A stretch of 64,000 nucleotides of DNA from Paraspadella gotoi (taxonomy: Eukaryota > Animalia > Chaetognatha), in the NCBI GenBank assembly GCA_051294375.1, contig CM119268.1, forward strand, positions 20,429,672-20,493,671. The letters are read 5' to 3'. This document shows positions 48,899 to 64,000 of the stretch, one piece after another (position 1 is the stretch's first letter; the number at the start of each line of letters is the position of its first letter). Both the position numbers and the translations under genes were made by a program. Below the pieces are notes generated by a model. It was given only the letters and a program-made list of their open reading frames with translations. It did no database searches and was not told the DNA's origin.

Positions 48899-50740
48899 TT
48901 ACCCACTGCACTGCCTTACTCACTTCACGGCCTTACCCTCCCTAATTCCCATCAGACTCTTAACTTACCATCAACGCGATGGCGACATTGAATCTCCGCT
49001 CATCATCGACGGATTCGACGCTTGACCCTCACCTCTCACCTCTCACCTCTCACCTCTCACCTCTCACCTTTCACCTCTCACCTTTCTGTCTTTGTCTCTC
49101 TTTCACTCACCCCTTTCCCGTTTTGTTGTCATTCCACGTTTGTCTCGAGTCCTTGTCAATTTTTTTTTTTCGCTTAATTTTACAAACAATTTTACAAACA
49201 ATAAAAGCTAGGTAAAGTATTAGCATCAAGAAACATGACAATGTAAAATGTAAATGAGTTAATGAGAAATTAGTAGCTAATTAATAAATTAATATTCGAT
49301 AATTGATCATCAATTTAAGCAGCGCGTTCTTCTTTAAATCCTCTGTCCCTCTTATTTTTAAAACTTTTATAACGTGTCTTTTAATAAATAATTTTCCTCC
49401 AAAATGAAATCCGTTTTTTTTCTAATCTCGGTGTCCATTTCCAGGCTTTATCTCTGACCCTTTTGCCCGCTTTGCCAATGTCATCCCCTCAAACCCACTT
49501 TTTTCACTTTCCGATCATCATGACCCTCTCGTCCTCTTTCGTCCCTTACCCTGCCTCACCCTTCCTGATCCACGACTCCTTCAGCCGCTTTATCCCTCCC
49601 ATCGCGAACCCGTGACCTTTGACCCGCATTAACCCGACATCGCGAAATCGAAACTCAAAGGATTAAAGAACAAAATTCGAACCTTACCCTCGAGAAGCTT
49701 CACTTACCACCAGCCCTCCATTCCTCCCCCCACTATTCCTTACCCTCTAGAAGCTTCACTTACCACCAGCCCTCCATTCCTCCCCCCAATATTCCGGTGT
49801 CTATGCTGATGGCAGGGTGGAAACCTAGGCCAAGTGGCCCGACTACATGGCCCCCCAGATTGTAACCCACCCTTGACACTGCTTTCCAGTGGAGGGAGGG
49901 GAGCAATCTTCAGCACGTCCATGGGCCTGGAATCAGAAGGTTTGGAATACGCTCGACAGGATGGCTCACCCAGTGTTGGAAAGGCACTAAGGGGCCTGAA
50001 GATGACTATTCCGTAAACTTCTATAACCCCCTTAGTAGCCATGTGAAAACAGGTCCTGGGCTTGGGGAACCAGGCCTGAGGGTTTTTGCCGGCACCCCAA
50101 GCGGCCTTACGGCCGTCCTCACGCTTCCCGCAGGGTAGGGTACCGGGTTGCGGATTGAACCCGGTACCTAGTGGTCATAGCTGATGGCTTTACTCAATGA
50201 GCCAACAGCGTCAGGACTGAAGGTGTCATGGCTTATAGCGGCGGTGAACCTTAGGCAATGCCCGACTACAATATAACAGTAATTTCATCAGGAAACATAT
50301 GATAAATAATTTATTTTCGCAAAAAAATAAAAATTATTAGTTGTTATAAAAATGAGGATTTTAATTAATGCTAGAAAAAAACACATAATCCAATCAAGTT
50401 CAATAGTAGTTAATACGTCAAAAAAACATTATGAAAATGGTACAACCAATATAAAAAATATCCATTCATTTAATAAATAAAGCTATCTTTGCCCCTGACT
50501 TTGGAACAGGCTTGGTGGTTTTAAGGCCTCCATCACTCTTACAGATAATTACACAGCAGGTCCCTGCAAGGCTTTTCAATCAAGACTCTCTGACAGTCCC
50601 GTTTATTCACTTTCCCAGAGCGTACTTGGCTTCCCTATGTGTTTCAGGCCAAAACAGGCCATTTTATCTTCCCTCCCTCGATTATGTTTTCAGGCCAAAA
50701 ACATTGCCATTTTTACCTCGTACCCTATAATTTCACTCAG

Positions 50741-53542
50741 GCCAAAAACAGGCCAAACAATAATGATAGTCCCGTCCACCTTCGCCGAAGACGTCAAAGA
50801 AATCCGCCGCCGCAACGCGCTCCGCTGCCGCGATGCCTGACAATAGCGCAGAGGTGAGACAGGGGGCGCCGACTCTGACCGAGAAACTTCGAACATCAGG
50901 TGAGTTAACGGAAAAATTTTGGTGAAGTAGCGACTGGAATTGATTGGTCCTCATTGGTTGAAATGAGAATTAATATCTATAAACAAATTAAAAAAACAAA
51001 AAATGATTATACTGTGGTGGTATATTTCACAACCACCTCACGTCCACGATCGTTCAGCCAAATTACCATTGGCCTCAGAGGGGGAAACACACCATCACAG
51101 CGGTTGTGTTCCATCCACCATCCTAACGATTTCCCTCTGCGCTTGGGACAAAGGGAGCGGTCGGAAAGCCCCAAAAGCCAACAGTGAGATGCCCCTTACC
51201 AAATGGCAATCACAGGCAACCCGGCTGTTGCCATAAATACATGAAGAAAAAAAAATTTGTCCAGCTGTTTCAGCATTTTAAATGTAAAAATTAAAAAATA
51301 AATTATAAATATCAAGAAACTTTAGCCTTTTGTAATTTCATATGGGCTGATCTCATTTATGCTATAATAAAAAATACAAGAGTTCGATGCAAAAAACAAA
51401 TGAAATTGCCGAGAAAAAATACTTCTTTGTTTTTTTATCGTTTTTCATTATCTATAAGTTTTTATTTATTTACTAATTTTTTTCAGGTTTATTGTCAAAT
51501 GGTTATTGCATCCATCTTTATTAGGATAGATTCCAAAGGTAAATATTAATTCATATGTAAAATAAAAAGTCGGTATTCAAATATATTGATGCTGTAACTG
51601 CTCCAAAATATTTTTTTATATTATAAAGTATCAATAAAAGTTATAAGGCTCCTTTTGTAAATAAAATTATCATTTTTTTATTTACCTCTGGATGTATTAT
51701 CAAAACCAAATATCTAACAAGATCCAAAAAAAAATCAAAAAGATTTGTTGAAGTGAAAGATAATATTATTATCACATTATTTACAGCAACAAACTCGAGC
51801 CTAGTTTTACTTTATTAAAGGATCAATCTTTTTTTTACTGTTTGCCAAAGATAATTTTTTTACAAAAACTTCTGATAAAAAATATTATTGAAATTGGTAT
51901 AACCATAAAAAATTATCCATTCAATTAAAAAAAGCATATCTTGCCCCTTGATTTTGCGACAGGGCTTTGGTGGTTTAAGGCCTCCATCACTGTCTTACAA
52001 GATAATGACATGCAAGGCTTTCAATTAAGGAATCTCTTACAGTCTAGTTTATTCACTCCTAAAGTTCCTGACTTCCTTATCGATGAAGTGGTTCTATTAA
52101 TATTTCAAAGTAAGTTTTGAATTGTATGAAAGACTACTCCTTAAGGAATAGATCGGGGAATACTATATTATACTCCGCCCAGCGATAAAATACAAGGAGC
52201 TGGCAATTTTATGAAATTTGATTACAACCAAAATTAAAAATTATCTATTCATTAATAAATAAAGTTTTCTTACCCCTGACTTTTGGTGGTTTAAGGCCTC
52301 CATCACTCTTACAAGATAATAGACATAAGCAGGTCCCGTAAAAAAACTCTTAGAGGATATAATATTAATGATAATATAATATCTTGATCAAAAAAAGGTA
52401 AAAACAGTTAGAGACAACCTTCTTTTGGAAGTATCGTTATGCATTTAAATAATTTTGTGCTATTAAGAAATAATCTTCTTATCAGTCTTAGGGAAATTAT
52501 ATTTATATATTAAAACTTCATTTATTTGGCAAAAATACAATTTTAACAACTGGCACAAAATCTAACATCACACTTTTCCAAACCGCGACAATTTTTTTTC
52601 CATTCATGGTAGATAACGCTAAATAAGACCCAAAACGAGACTATGAAAAATTACTAATTAATTTTAACATAAATGCAAGTTCATTCGTAAGTTAGTTTCA
52701 AAATCCTCTAAAATTCAGACTAAAACCGATCCACTTGCATAATGTGAGTGTATTCACAAGGCAAGACTTTAAACAGAATAGAAACGACAGAGAGAAGAGA
52801 AGAGCGATATCACCTTAATAAGAACCACTCAAATAGCAAAAATATAATCCTGTAGCGGCGGCGCGGTTTCCACGTCGCATCACGAACAGTACGAAGGACA
52901 GCCTTCATCACCAATTTTAATCTTTAATATTGTTAATTCGCTCATCATAAATCTCTACGCGGCGTTCCCCTAAAAAATCATAACCAGATGAGAGGAGTGG
53001 GAGAGAGAGAGAGAGAGAGCAGAGAGAGAGAGAGAGAGAGAGAGAGAAGACGAGAGAGAGAGAGAAAGAACTAGTAAGCTTTCACAATTGACTTTAATTG
53101 AATGTGCCATATGCTATTTCTGTCGTGAGTCTTCGATTATTCTTTCGATGTGAAAATTTAAAGTTTGAAAACTTGGGTCGTTGACGTAAGAAAGAGAAAA
53201 AAGGGTTAGGAAAAAGAAAAGGAAGGAAAGGAAAAAAGGAGAAAATGGAAAAAGAAGAAAAGGATCTAGGAAAAGAAAAAGGGAAATTGATAGAACAAAA
53301 AAAAGAGAAAGTTCTAAGCAAAAAATTTAAGGACTTTTCTTTGGTTATTTAATTCCTTTCTTTTTCGTTTCTTCAGGTTTTCGTAAACCGAACCAAACAT
53401 GTCCGTTCATCATTAAAATAACATTTGTGCTGAATCACAATTTAAAACCTTTCTCTTAGGAACGTTTTCTTGAAATTAAATCCGGCGGGGCAACATAAAA
53501 ATTATTGAAAAAAGAGGAATTAGGTCCAATGTGAAAGAAAAG

Positions 53543-53614
<72 letters not shown>

Positions 53615-56600
53615 CTCTCATGCGAGGAGATTTCCCGGGTCAAATAATACATTACCTAAATTCTTTATTAGTGTTGTTTTATTTACGTTTTTGTTTTAGA
53701 ACCGACCTACCTTCCTTATGACTTAGAATTCGGCGTTCCAATTGGTCAACGGTCTTGCCCCGTCAATGCTGAATTGGTCCGATTTGTGACCTTTACGTCG
53801 GCTGCAGCTACTCGTTTGAAGCGGCTCTGATCCGGGAAGAATTTCCCATCAGAACATGGAGAGAAAAAAAGATGTGGCTGCGTATAAGGTGATGAAAAAG
53901 GAATGAGTGAGTGAAGAGAGTTGAGTCAGTGAAAGCCGTCAGTGAGTTCCGTCAGTCAGGACGTTAGTGAGTGAAGTTGATAGACAGAAGAGGAGAAGAA
54001 GGAGAGAAGAAAGGAGAGAAGGAGAGAGAGAGAAGACCAGAAGGAAGAAAGAAGGAGAGAGAAAAGGGAGACAGAGAGAGAGAAAGGACAGGAGAGAAAA
54101 GAGAGACACAAGAGGAGAAAAAGAGAGAGTGGCGCAGAGAGATATAAACAACATCTAGGAACCAAAATTATCAATATGTAATTTTTGAAATAGTCAACAA
54201 AACAAGACCTCTTTAGACCTTAAACTTACCTTACCCTAACTTACCTCACCGTAATCAACTTGCTCCTCCCTTTTCAGACTTCGTCTTCCTCTTCACGCCC
54301 CCCATCTTCCCCCCGTCCCCCATGGTAGGGTCTCCTCCGCCCCCTCCCCCCTTCCCCTCCTCGAGACGTGCTTTTCCATCACGGCGCCGATGGCCGACGC
54401 TCACGGGCGGCCGGTTCACGTCGGCGCCCCTGGCGTTATCGGCATCGAAGACGTGACGGCGCCGGATTTCGGTTTTTGACGCCGGATTTCGAAGACGGCG
54501 ACGTTTCCGGTCTTTTGGCTTGTGGAATAACATGGAGACTTTTGATGACGGCGTTGAGTATGTCTGTGGGTTGTTGGCCTTTTGTTTGTTGTTGGAAGAC
54601 TAAAAATGTCTGGTCTGTCCGTCGGCTGTCTGCGATTCATTTTGTTCATCACGATTACTATTTACAAGTAAGACATTTCAGTGTTACCATTTTATCTGAT
54701 CTCATGAAAAATTAAATTACAGTTTCTTGAAAAAAAAAAATTTTCATTGTTCAAAAAAATAAACTGATCAGCAGACGCAGCCCCTGAGAAAAAAAAATAA
54801 ATAAAAAACCCGATGTTGCCATAGCAAAATGATAACATGCAACGAATGCGATTGCCCTTATTTTACGAGTTCAATCCTAATTCAATTTTTTTTTAATAAA
54901 AACGCAGAGAATGAGAGAAAGAGAGAGAGAAAAAAAAAGAAAGAAATCAAAAGGCAGCAGCAGAAGCAGCTTGAGAAAAAGAGAGAAAAAAGAGAGAGCC
55001 CTGCCCAGAGCTGAAAATTTATATTTACAGCTTCTCATCATCGATGTCTTAAAATTGAGTCAGGACAGTTATTAAATATGTTTTGTTTACGTTTTAATTC
55101 AAAACAAACAAATTTTCTCTCTTTATTTTTATTATTTCTTTCTCTCTCCTCTTTTCTTCTTTTAATTTATATGTCTCTCTCCCTCTCTCTTTTCCCTAGT
55201 CAGCTAGATTTCATCCAGGAAAAAAAACCGAGTCTTCACGGGGCTATCTTTTTCTCATCTTTTCTCCTGCTGGCTTACTGCGCTGCCTTTTGAGTCTGTA
55301 GCTAGGCTTGCGGGCTCTCTATTTTTCTCCTGCTGCTTTCTTGCTGCTGCCTTTTTATTTCTTTCTTTTTTTCTCTCTCTCTCTCTTGCGTTTTTATGAA
55401 AAAAAAATTGATTAGGATTGAACTCATAAAATGTTAAAGCATCACATTCGTGGCATTGTTATCATTGCTTATTCAACATCATGTTTTTTCCCTTTTTCTT
55501 CAGGGGCTGCTCTGCTGATCAGTTTATTTTTTGACAATTGAAATTTTTTTTCTTTTTTCCTTTTTTTTTCAGAAATGTAATTTTAATTTTTCCTCGGTAC
55601 TTTATTATTTTTTTTAATTGGAACAATCGCGCCAAAATAGAATTTTTCTTTCTGTTTATAAATTAATATTCTTTTCTCAAAATTCTTTCAAAATAGTATC
55701 AAAAGTTTGTCGTCAATCCAGATTTTCTTATGCGATTCGACGATTCCTTATGCTTTAAGATTTTTATTGCGAAGTTGTTGTTATTACACTTGACATTGTC
55801 GTTATCATTAATTTAACTGATATTTTGAATTTCATGAATAACTTTTTCTTTCAGGAAAATCTCCCATTCGCTTCACCGATGACCTGATAATTCTGTTTTT
55901 GTGCGACGTCCTCGAGCAAGCAGCAAAGCGACCGGCAACAGCAGCAGCAGCCGCCGAAGCCACAGCTCCACCCGCGGCGTTCTTCCGCACTACAGCAATC
56001 CGCCTTCACTACAGCTCGCATGCTGAGTTTTGGAACTGGTCGTCGGATATTGAGGAGAAGATGGAGGAGGAGGAGGCAGGAGGAGGAGGAGGAGGAGGAG
56101 ATAATAAGTAAGTTTGAAAAATGATTTATTTTAAAAATGTTTGACTTAATTAAGCTATTAAATGTTAACAATTTTTTTTAAGTTCTCGTAGGAAAGAGAA
56201 AAAATACGTGAACAAATTGTTGAAGGATGACGTCATAAAGGCGATGAGGAGGATTTCCACGCGAATTCGGCTGTGAATGGTTTTGATCGTAGGTGAGAGT
56301 CACCAAGGAGGGAACTGTGGTTCACAGTGAATCGACGGTATCGATCGAACAAGCAACGAAAATTGTAGAAATCAAGAAGAAAATACAAATTTGATTTTCG
56401 AGTTTTTTAGTGGATTTCTTCTTCTTGAGAAGGGAGATATTAAAAAGAAAAGAAAAGGAAAAAAATTAAAATAAATGTAAAAATATAAAACTTGTAATAA
56501 CTTTATACATAAGAGAGAAGGGGTAGGAAAGAACGAGTGCATTTATATATTCATGCAAAGAGAAAAAAAAATGAACAATGAAATTTCTTCTTCTTTATTC

Positions 56601-56740
56601 CGGAAATGAAGGAAGGAAACATAAGAGGGAAGAAATTGAAATTAACATGAATCAAGAGAAAGAGAAGAATAGAGAAGCGACTTAGAACTATTGAGACAGA
56701 GGAAATGAAGGAATACTGAGAAAAGAAGATAGAGTTGGGG

Positions 56741-56788
<48 letters not shown>

Positions 56789-56888
56789 CATGAGAGAGAG
56801 AGAGAGAGAGAGAGAGTGAGAAGAGAAATAGAAAAAAAGGGAGAGAGAGAGAGAAAAGAGAGAAAGAGAAGAGAGAGAGAGAGGAGAG

Positions 56889-56921
<33 letters not shown>

Positions 56922-56985
56922 TGTGAGAAGAGAAAAAGAAAGAAAAGGGAGAGAGAAGAGAGAAAGACGAGGAAAGAAGAGAGAT

Positions 56986-57016
<31 letters not shown>

Positions 57017-59788
57017 CTTTGACGATTTGAAGATGGAAACTTTTATATTCTAATGGCATTTCTAATCTCTGGCTTTTTAAAGGTTTAAGTACTTGTATTG
57101 CTAATAATTGAAAAATTTTGTGATTTTAAAATTCTAAATTTGGGGAATTTTGACCTCAGAAGACTTGGCTCGTCGCATCGATTTCTTGCCATCTTTAATT
57201 CGTTGAATTTCCTGAAGAGGACGGGAAAATCAGATCCAAATTTCTCCGGGGAACAAACAAAAGATCAAAATTTTTGATCTTGAATTTCAGATCGGTGATC
57301 GAAGCGAAGAACCAAGAATATACGGATGGGAATAGTATCCATTTTTGGTTTATGTTAAAACTTTTGTTAATTTAAATAAATTGACGAAAAAATAGATCCA
57401 AACATAATGACAAAAACCTAAAATGATAAAAACTTTTTATTTTTGGGAAATTTGCTTTTTCAGTCTCGAAACTTTGAAGGTCAAAGATCGGAATGGAGCA
57501 AAAGGCTTGACGAACACGAGAGAGTAATAAGTAGGTTTATTTAATTAATATTTATAATATTATCTAAAAGAGCTTAAATTACGGCAATAAATTGTGTTCA
57601 TCTCACCTGGAACAGGTTACCGGCTAAGCTACCGTCCTAAAAGTTCATTGTGAATAAGGCGCTACAGTGGGGGCTGAAGAGTTACTATCCGCAACTTCTT
57701 AAACCCCTCTAGCAGGCCATTGGAACTCGGGTCGGCCTTGTAAACCAGGCTTGAGGGTTTGCCCACTCCCCCAAAGGCGGCTTACGCGCCTCCTCCACGC
57801 TTCCCGGGTAGACGCGGCTAGGTACCGGGTCGATTGGGATTTGAACCCGTACCAGTGGTCATGAGCTTTACTCAATGAGCCACCGGTCACAATTGAGGTG
57901 TCATGCTTATAGCCGGGTGGAACTTAGGCAATGCGCCGACTACACATAACTTATAACTATGTAGTTTTAAGGGTTCGGGAATAAGGTTTAGAGATTGGAT
58001 TAAAAATTAGGATTTTTGCTCACCTCTTTTTTTAAAAATCCGACTTTTTATCTTTTTGTTGACCAAAATCTTACCTTCCTTTTTATAACAGGACCTGACT
58101 CGTCCGATGCGATTGTCCTCATCATCGCCTTCAGATCTTTGATCTCCTCCGATCTTCCGAGGAGATACGCGAGGAGAGGGGTTGGGATTCAGATGCCGCG
58201 CCCAGCCTTACTGGCTCAAAAAGAGGTGGGTAGGTCTTAGTCTGGCTAATGAATTGAAGGAAGTTAAAAAAACAATGGAGGACATTATATAATTATATTT
58301 TAATATATTGTTCCAATGTCAATGAAAAAATATTATGTAAACGTTTTTTCACAATTAAAAATAACGGCTTTTATAAGTAGGAATAGTCGTGCCGCAACTC
58401 TCTTCTCTCTCCTCTCTCCTCTCTCTCTCTCTCTCTCTTCTCTCTCTCGTCTCCTTTCTCTCTCTCTCTCCTCTCTTCTCATCCTCTCCAACAAAATCTA
58501 GCAGTAGACGCGAGAAAACCCTTTGCATCTTCAAGTTTTCACCAGGACTTTAAATTGTCCCAATTCAAGCGACTTCTTCCCTTTCGTGACGAATCGCGGA
58601 TGTTTGTCAAGCAGCGCGGACAAATCTAGTTTCGAGAGAGATTTAATTTTTAAAAAGCTTTTATCTTTGGGAAGAAAGTCTTTTTACGATCGTGAATTTT
58701 GATGGGTGTGATTTCGTAATTTCGTTGATTTTGATAGATAAGGCCATTTCTCTTCACGTGAAAAGCCGATGAGAGAGTGTTGAGGATTTAATGTCTTTGG
58801 AGCCCGACAAAGTCCTTAGGTTTCTACCGCTGTTGACGTCCGAGCAGTTAAGTTGTAAGGGAGCTTCCTGACAGCCTGAAGCAAGTGCTGCCGCTATGCC
58901 CCCTAGGCCTTGCTGCTCTCCCGTATTGAACCCTTTATCCAATTTCATAACAATACTAATCTCCTGTCATAACTATGTTACGTTTCTCCTGCGGCTGGAA
59001 TTTTAGAAAGTTTATTTTTGAAAGGAACTTTGCTGTGTTATATAGTGATGGGGGGCAGGGCTGGGATGCGGCCAGGGGCGTAAGTAGTGGGGCGGAAAGG
59101 TTAGGTAGTTAAATGGATTCGGGCGGTGAGGGAAAAGCGGGACCGAGAAGGACTCGAGTCAAAGTTCTTTGGAAAATCGTTTTTATAACTTAGTTCCCTA
59201 AAACCAACGCCAGTTTTAAGCCTTGTTTGCCAAACACGAGGCTTTAGACCTGACGAGGCAAAGCGAAAATTAAAGAATGATATGGGGAGGGCCTGACGAG
59301 AAGGAGAGAGAGTAGAGATGAGAGAGAGAGAGGAGAGAGAGAGAGAAGAGAGAGATGAAGAGAAGAGAGAGAGAGTGTTGAGTGTGTGAAAATGATGATG
59401 GAAGATTAAACAAGAGAGAGAAGATTTAATAAGTGATCAGAAAAAGAGAGAGAGAGAAGAAGACAGACGGGTCCCGCGCGAAAAAAGTGAAATTAGAGAC
59501 AGACGCATCATTCCTCAGGGACGATTTTTTTTTTAGGTGAACCAATCAGCGCTTTCGCTCCGATGTGTCAGGACTCGACGACGACCAACCGACATATATG
59601 ACAACGGCGACAACGAACAACGCGACAACAACAACGACAACACGACGACAGGCGATAAGACAACGGCGAACGATGACAACGAAACAACAACGACAACACG
59701 ACGTCCGAAGAACGAAATATCAATTCTCGCAAAATTATGAAGATATTGTGTGAAAAATTCATGGAAAAAGAAATGGAACGAAATGTAA
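50741..59788 (+). other. Indel-rich colinear second copy of paralog B exons 2-10 (probable unpolished long read or alternate haplotype)
   Basis: 49796-59260 re-reads about 17130-30322 in correct exon order. Scattered 1-2 nt indels occur in exons and introns alike. Confidence 0.85.
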
Positions 59789-62700
59789 AGAATTATTTTC
59801 AAATGTAGAAATTGTGATTGTAAGAATGTGACGTCTCTTGGTTTAATACAATTACATTTTATTCCTTGGAATATAATAAATCAATAAAAAAAATGATTTG
59901 GCCGAAAAAATTATTTTAGTATAAAATTATGTAAATTTTTTCATTTTGATTTTAATTTATTTAATTTCTGTCTTCGTCTCTCTTCAAAACAATGAAATCT
60001 ATCTATTGATATGGGTTATAGTCTCAGCGTAGAGCCGGATCGAGCGCTTATTCAAGATCCCCCCCCTGCGTTGACTCCCGCCCCCCCGCTTCCTTCCTTT
60101 CAGTCCTTTAATTCTCATTTGAAGATTTTTCTTTCCATTTACAGTTTAAGTCTGTGTATATCATTTTATCTTTATTTTTAAATATAGTTTTTTGGTCATT
60201 TCTCTTCTTTTCTGATGGTTCTAATTTTCGTCGTCGGTTTTGAGTCGTCGTTGTGTCGTCGTCCGTTAAATTTCTCGACGATTCGAACAAAAGATTCAAT
60301 GATAGCGGTAACCCACTCATGGAGCTGCAATGCAAAACTTAGAATGATTATATGCTCAAACGAAATTTTACATTTTTAAGTATACTGTTCAGATGGACAA
60401 ACATTTTTTAGTGCTCATAACCCAAAGTAATTAATTTTTTATTATTTATAAATAGGGAAAGGCCCAAATTTTTTGATAAATTTTAAATTTTTAAGACCAA
60501 TTCAGATAGCTTCATAAAAAGTTGTCTACACAAGTCATAATCTTTTTAAAATATTATTTCATGATAAGTGAAGTCAAAATAAGAAAACCCGATAAAAAAA
60601 TCATCATTCATTTCCATCATTCTTTTCGAAGCATTTTATCAGTTTTTTTATTTTTTCACATAGAGAAACCGTAAAGAATTTAAAAAGCCTGTAATTATAA
60701 TTCTTAATTTAACTTTAATGCTTCTATTCAGAATCCATCAAAAAACTTTTAAGATTTCTAAAAAAATTTTTATAATATTTAAAAAAGACATGAATATTTA
60801 ATGTATTAATCAAGACGTTATAATATAAATTTTTTTTTGGAGATGTTAAATATTTATTCAAGACAACTAAAACTGCAATAGTTCGAAATTATATATCGTC
60901 GGAGTAGGTCCCTATCATGAGAAAGTCTACCTCACGGGTTCTCTTGCTAACTTTCGTAACCTGTCCCTTAGGCCACCCACTTCACGGGCTTACTGCACTG
61001 TTACCCACTCAGGCTACCCACCACTGCCTTACCCACCGTTCACGCCTTACCCACTAGGACTTACTCCTCACGCCCTACTCACGCCTGCACACTTTCACGC
61101 CCCACGTGCCAATGCCTTAGTCACTTCACGGGCCTTACCCACTGACCACTGCCTTACCCACTTCACGGCACCCACTGCACTGCCACCCTCACGTTCCATC
61201 TGCACGTCTTTCGCACTCAACCTTCACGATGTCTACCCCCCTTACCCTGCATGTACATTCGCTCCCACTGCCTTACCCACTTCCACGGCCTTAGCCCCAG
61301 CCTCACTACGGCCTTACATGATGCCACCACTCACGCCTTCACTGCACTCTTTACCACTCGCTTCACTGAGGCCTTACCCACTTCACCTGCAAGCTCATCA
61401 CTAGCCTACCCCAGCTACCACTACGCTACCACTGCCGCCTTACCCACTTTCACGGCCTTACCCACTTGCACTTGCCTTACCAGCTTCACGGCCTTACCCA
61501 CTTTGCACTGCCTTACTCACTTCACGCCACCCACTGCCAACTCGCTTACCCACTTCACGGCACTTACCCACTCACTGCCTTACTCACTTCACGCCTTACC
61601 CTCCCTAATTCCCATCAGACTCTAACTTATCCATCAACGCAGATGGCGACATTGAATCTCGCTCATCATGACGATTCGACGCTTGACCCTCACCCTCTCA
61701 CCTTCAAACCTCTCACCTTCTCACCTCCACCTTCTCACCTCATCACCTTTCTGTTTTGCCTCTCTCACCACCCCTTTCCCGTTTTGTTCATCCACTTTTG
61801 TTTCGGTCCTGTCATTTTTTTTTTTCGCTAATTTACAAAACAATTTACAAACAATAAAAAGCTAGGTAAAGTATAGCATCAAAGACAACATTGACAATGT
61901 AAAATGTAATGAGTAATAAAAGAAATTAGTAGCTAATTAATAAATTAATATTCGATAATTGATTCATCAATTTAAGCAGCGCGTTTGTCTTTAAATCTCA
62001 CGTCCCTCCTTATTTTAAAACTTTTTAAAGTTGTCTTTAAAAAATTCCTCCAAAATGAAATTCCGTTTTTTTTTTTCGAATCTCGCTGTACCATTCGCAG
62101 CTTTACTCTGACCTTTTGCCCCGTCTTTGCCAATGTCATCGCCCTCAAACCCGACGTTTTTCACTTTCCGATCATCATGACCGCTTCTCGCCTCTTTCTC
62201 CCTTTACCCTTGGCGCTCACCTTCCTGATACCACGACTCCTTCAGCCGCTTTATCCCTTCCCATCGCAACCCGTGACCTTTGACCCCGCATAACCGGACA
62301 TCGCGAAATCGAACTCAAAGATTAAAGAAAAAATTCGAACCTCACCTCGATGAACTTCACTTACCACCCAGCCCTTCCATTCCTCCCCCCACTATCCTTA
62401 CCCTCTAGAAGCTTCACTTACACCAGCCCATCCATCCTCCCCCAATATTCTAACCCTCTAGAAGTCTTCACTTACCACCGCCCTCCATTCCTCCCCCCAA
62501 TTCCTTACCCTCGTAGAGCTTCATTACCAGTCCCCATTTCTCCCCACCTCCATATCCTACCCTCTAGAAGCTTCACTTACCACCAGCCCTCCATTCCTCC
62601 CCCGCCATTCCTACCTCTGAGACTACATTACCACCAGCCCCCATCCTCCCCCCAATATTCCACCCTCTGAACTTCACCTAACCACCAGCCTCCTCCATTC

Positions 62701-64000
62701 CTCCCCCCATATCTTTACCCTCTAAAGTTCAGCTACCACCAGCTCCCTCCATTCCTCCCCCCACATTCCTACCTCTAGAAGCTTCATTNNNNNNNNNNNN
62801 NNNNNNNNNNNNNTACCACCAGTCCCCCATTCCTCCCCCCCACTTTTCCTTCCTGCTATTTTCCTTACGCTCTCTTTCCTACCTTCTTCTCTTCTTTGTT
62901 GGAATTTGCGGCCATATTTTCCAAAAAGCGTTCAACTTCAGCTTAAATTGAGGATTAAATCGGTTTTAAGGTTAAAAGATTATGTTATATCTTAGGATTT
63001 GGGATTAAGTTAAGGATTAGCTTAGGCATTAAGGTTAAAGATTAAGAAAAAGATTTTGTGACATTATAAAAATTCTTTTTTTCTTTGTATTTTGAAATAA
63101 GTTTGAGATAAAGACGAAGTCTTTTTACAACAACGGCAATTTTTATTAGCCTACATTTTTCTGCTTTGATAATTGAACAGATTTGGTTTACCAAAATAGG
63201 CTCATAATCAGAGATGTGGACGCGATCCGGAAAGCGTAAGCGAACACTGTGGAAGCGGCCGATTTTTGAAGAACCCGAAACCGGGAGCTATAGAAAAATT
63301 GAAAATTAAGGATTGAACCCGGAAGCTATAATCCTGCGTGTTTGCTTCCTGATCATTTATTTTTAATTATTAGAAATGAAAGGCATTTAATGTATTGAAA
63401 TTTTTTCAACCCCCTGCTCTTTCTTGATTTTTCTTTTTTTAAATTTTTTTCAACATTTATTTTCAACATTTAAAATTGTTTGCTCTTAATTTTTTTTATT
63501 CACTTTTTCTTATACTTTTCTTTTATTTTTTGGTTTTCTTTCATTCTCTCTTCCTCTTTGGTCGAGAATCTTTTAAAAAAATTACTTCTTTTTTTAAAAA
63601 TTATTCTTATTAATATATTGAAATAAAATCTGAGTGGAACAAAAAAAAACAACTTTAATTATAAGTTAAATTAAACTTTTTTTGTTCTATAAAACTAAAA
63701 AATTTATTTCTTATATTTTTTTTGTTTTTCTTTAAATTTAAAAGNNNNNNNNNNNNNNNNNNNNNNNNNNNNNNNNNNNNNNNNNNNNNNNNNNNNNNNN
63801 NNNNNNNNNNNNNNNNNNNNNNNNNNNNNNNNNNNNNNNNNNNNNNNNNNNNNNNNNNNNNNNNNNNNNNNNNNNNNNNNNNNNNNNNNNNNNNNNNNNN
63901 NNNNNNNNNNNNNNNNNNNNNNNNNNNNNNNNNNNNNNNNNNNNNNNNNNNNNNNNNNNNNTTATACATACTTATATCTCTAACACACTCTCTCTCTCTC

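Noticed and set aside
48034-48991. ORFs of 260-303 aa
   Set aside because: They span an N gap.
49796-59788. A third DGLUCY paralog or pseudogene
   Set aside because: Introns and transposons match paralog B, and the differences are mostly uniform small indels, the pattern of a raw long read or haplotype copy.

Overview
AT-rich, microsatellite-rich eukaryotic (animal-like) genomic DNA from a gap-filled scaffold containing stretches of indel-rich, apparently unpolished long-read sequence. The ORF track is mostly uninformative because the genes are spliced. Two tandem 10-exon paralogs of the D-glutamate cyclase family (DGLUCY; DUF1445 plus C-terminal domain) lie on the + strand: A at 2709-11974 and B from 14956. 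B's 3' half is scrambled by inverted copies, and a noisy colinear copy of B lies at about 50.7-59.8 kb. Both paralogs keep the DUF1445 motifs but have a strongly eroded C-terminal domain. An error-rich segment holds a septin (- strand, about 33.9-36.0 kb) head-to-head with a myosin-IX-like motor (+ strand, about 38.6-42.2 kb). The most notable elements are two dissimilar families of miniature LTR retrotransposons (TRIMs). Each has a 72-nt tRNA-like module inside its LTR, a 4-bp target-site duplication (TSD), a polypurine tract (PPT), and the same primer-binding site (PBS) core TGGTGAGCCC. Also present are Helentron/DINE-1-like elements, a hAT-type MITE found in only one of three copies of a locus, fold-back MITEs, a TSD-flanked 5x70-bp array nested in an LTR, and several minisatellites. 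All comparisons were made by eye and protein family assignments rest on recalled motifs.
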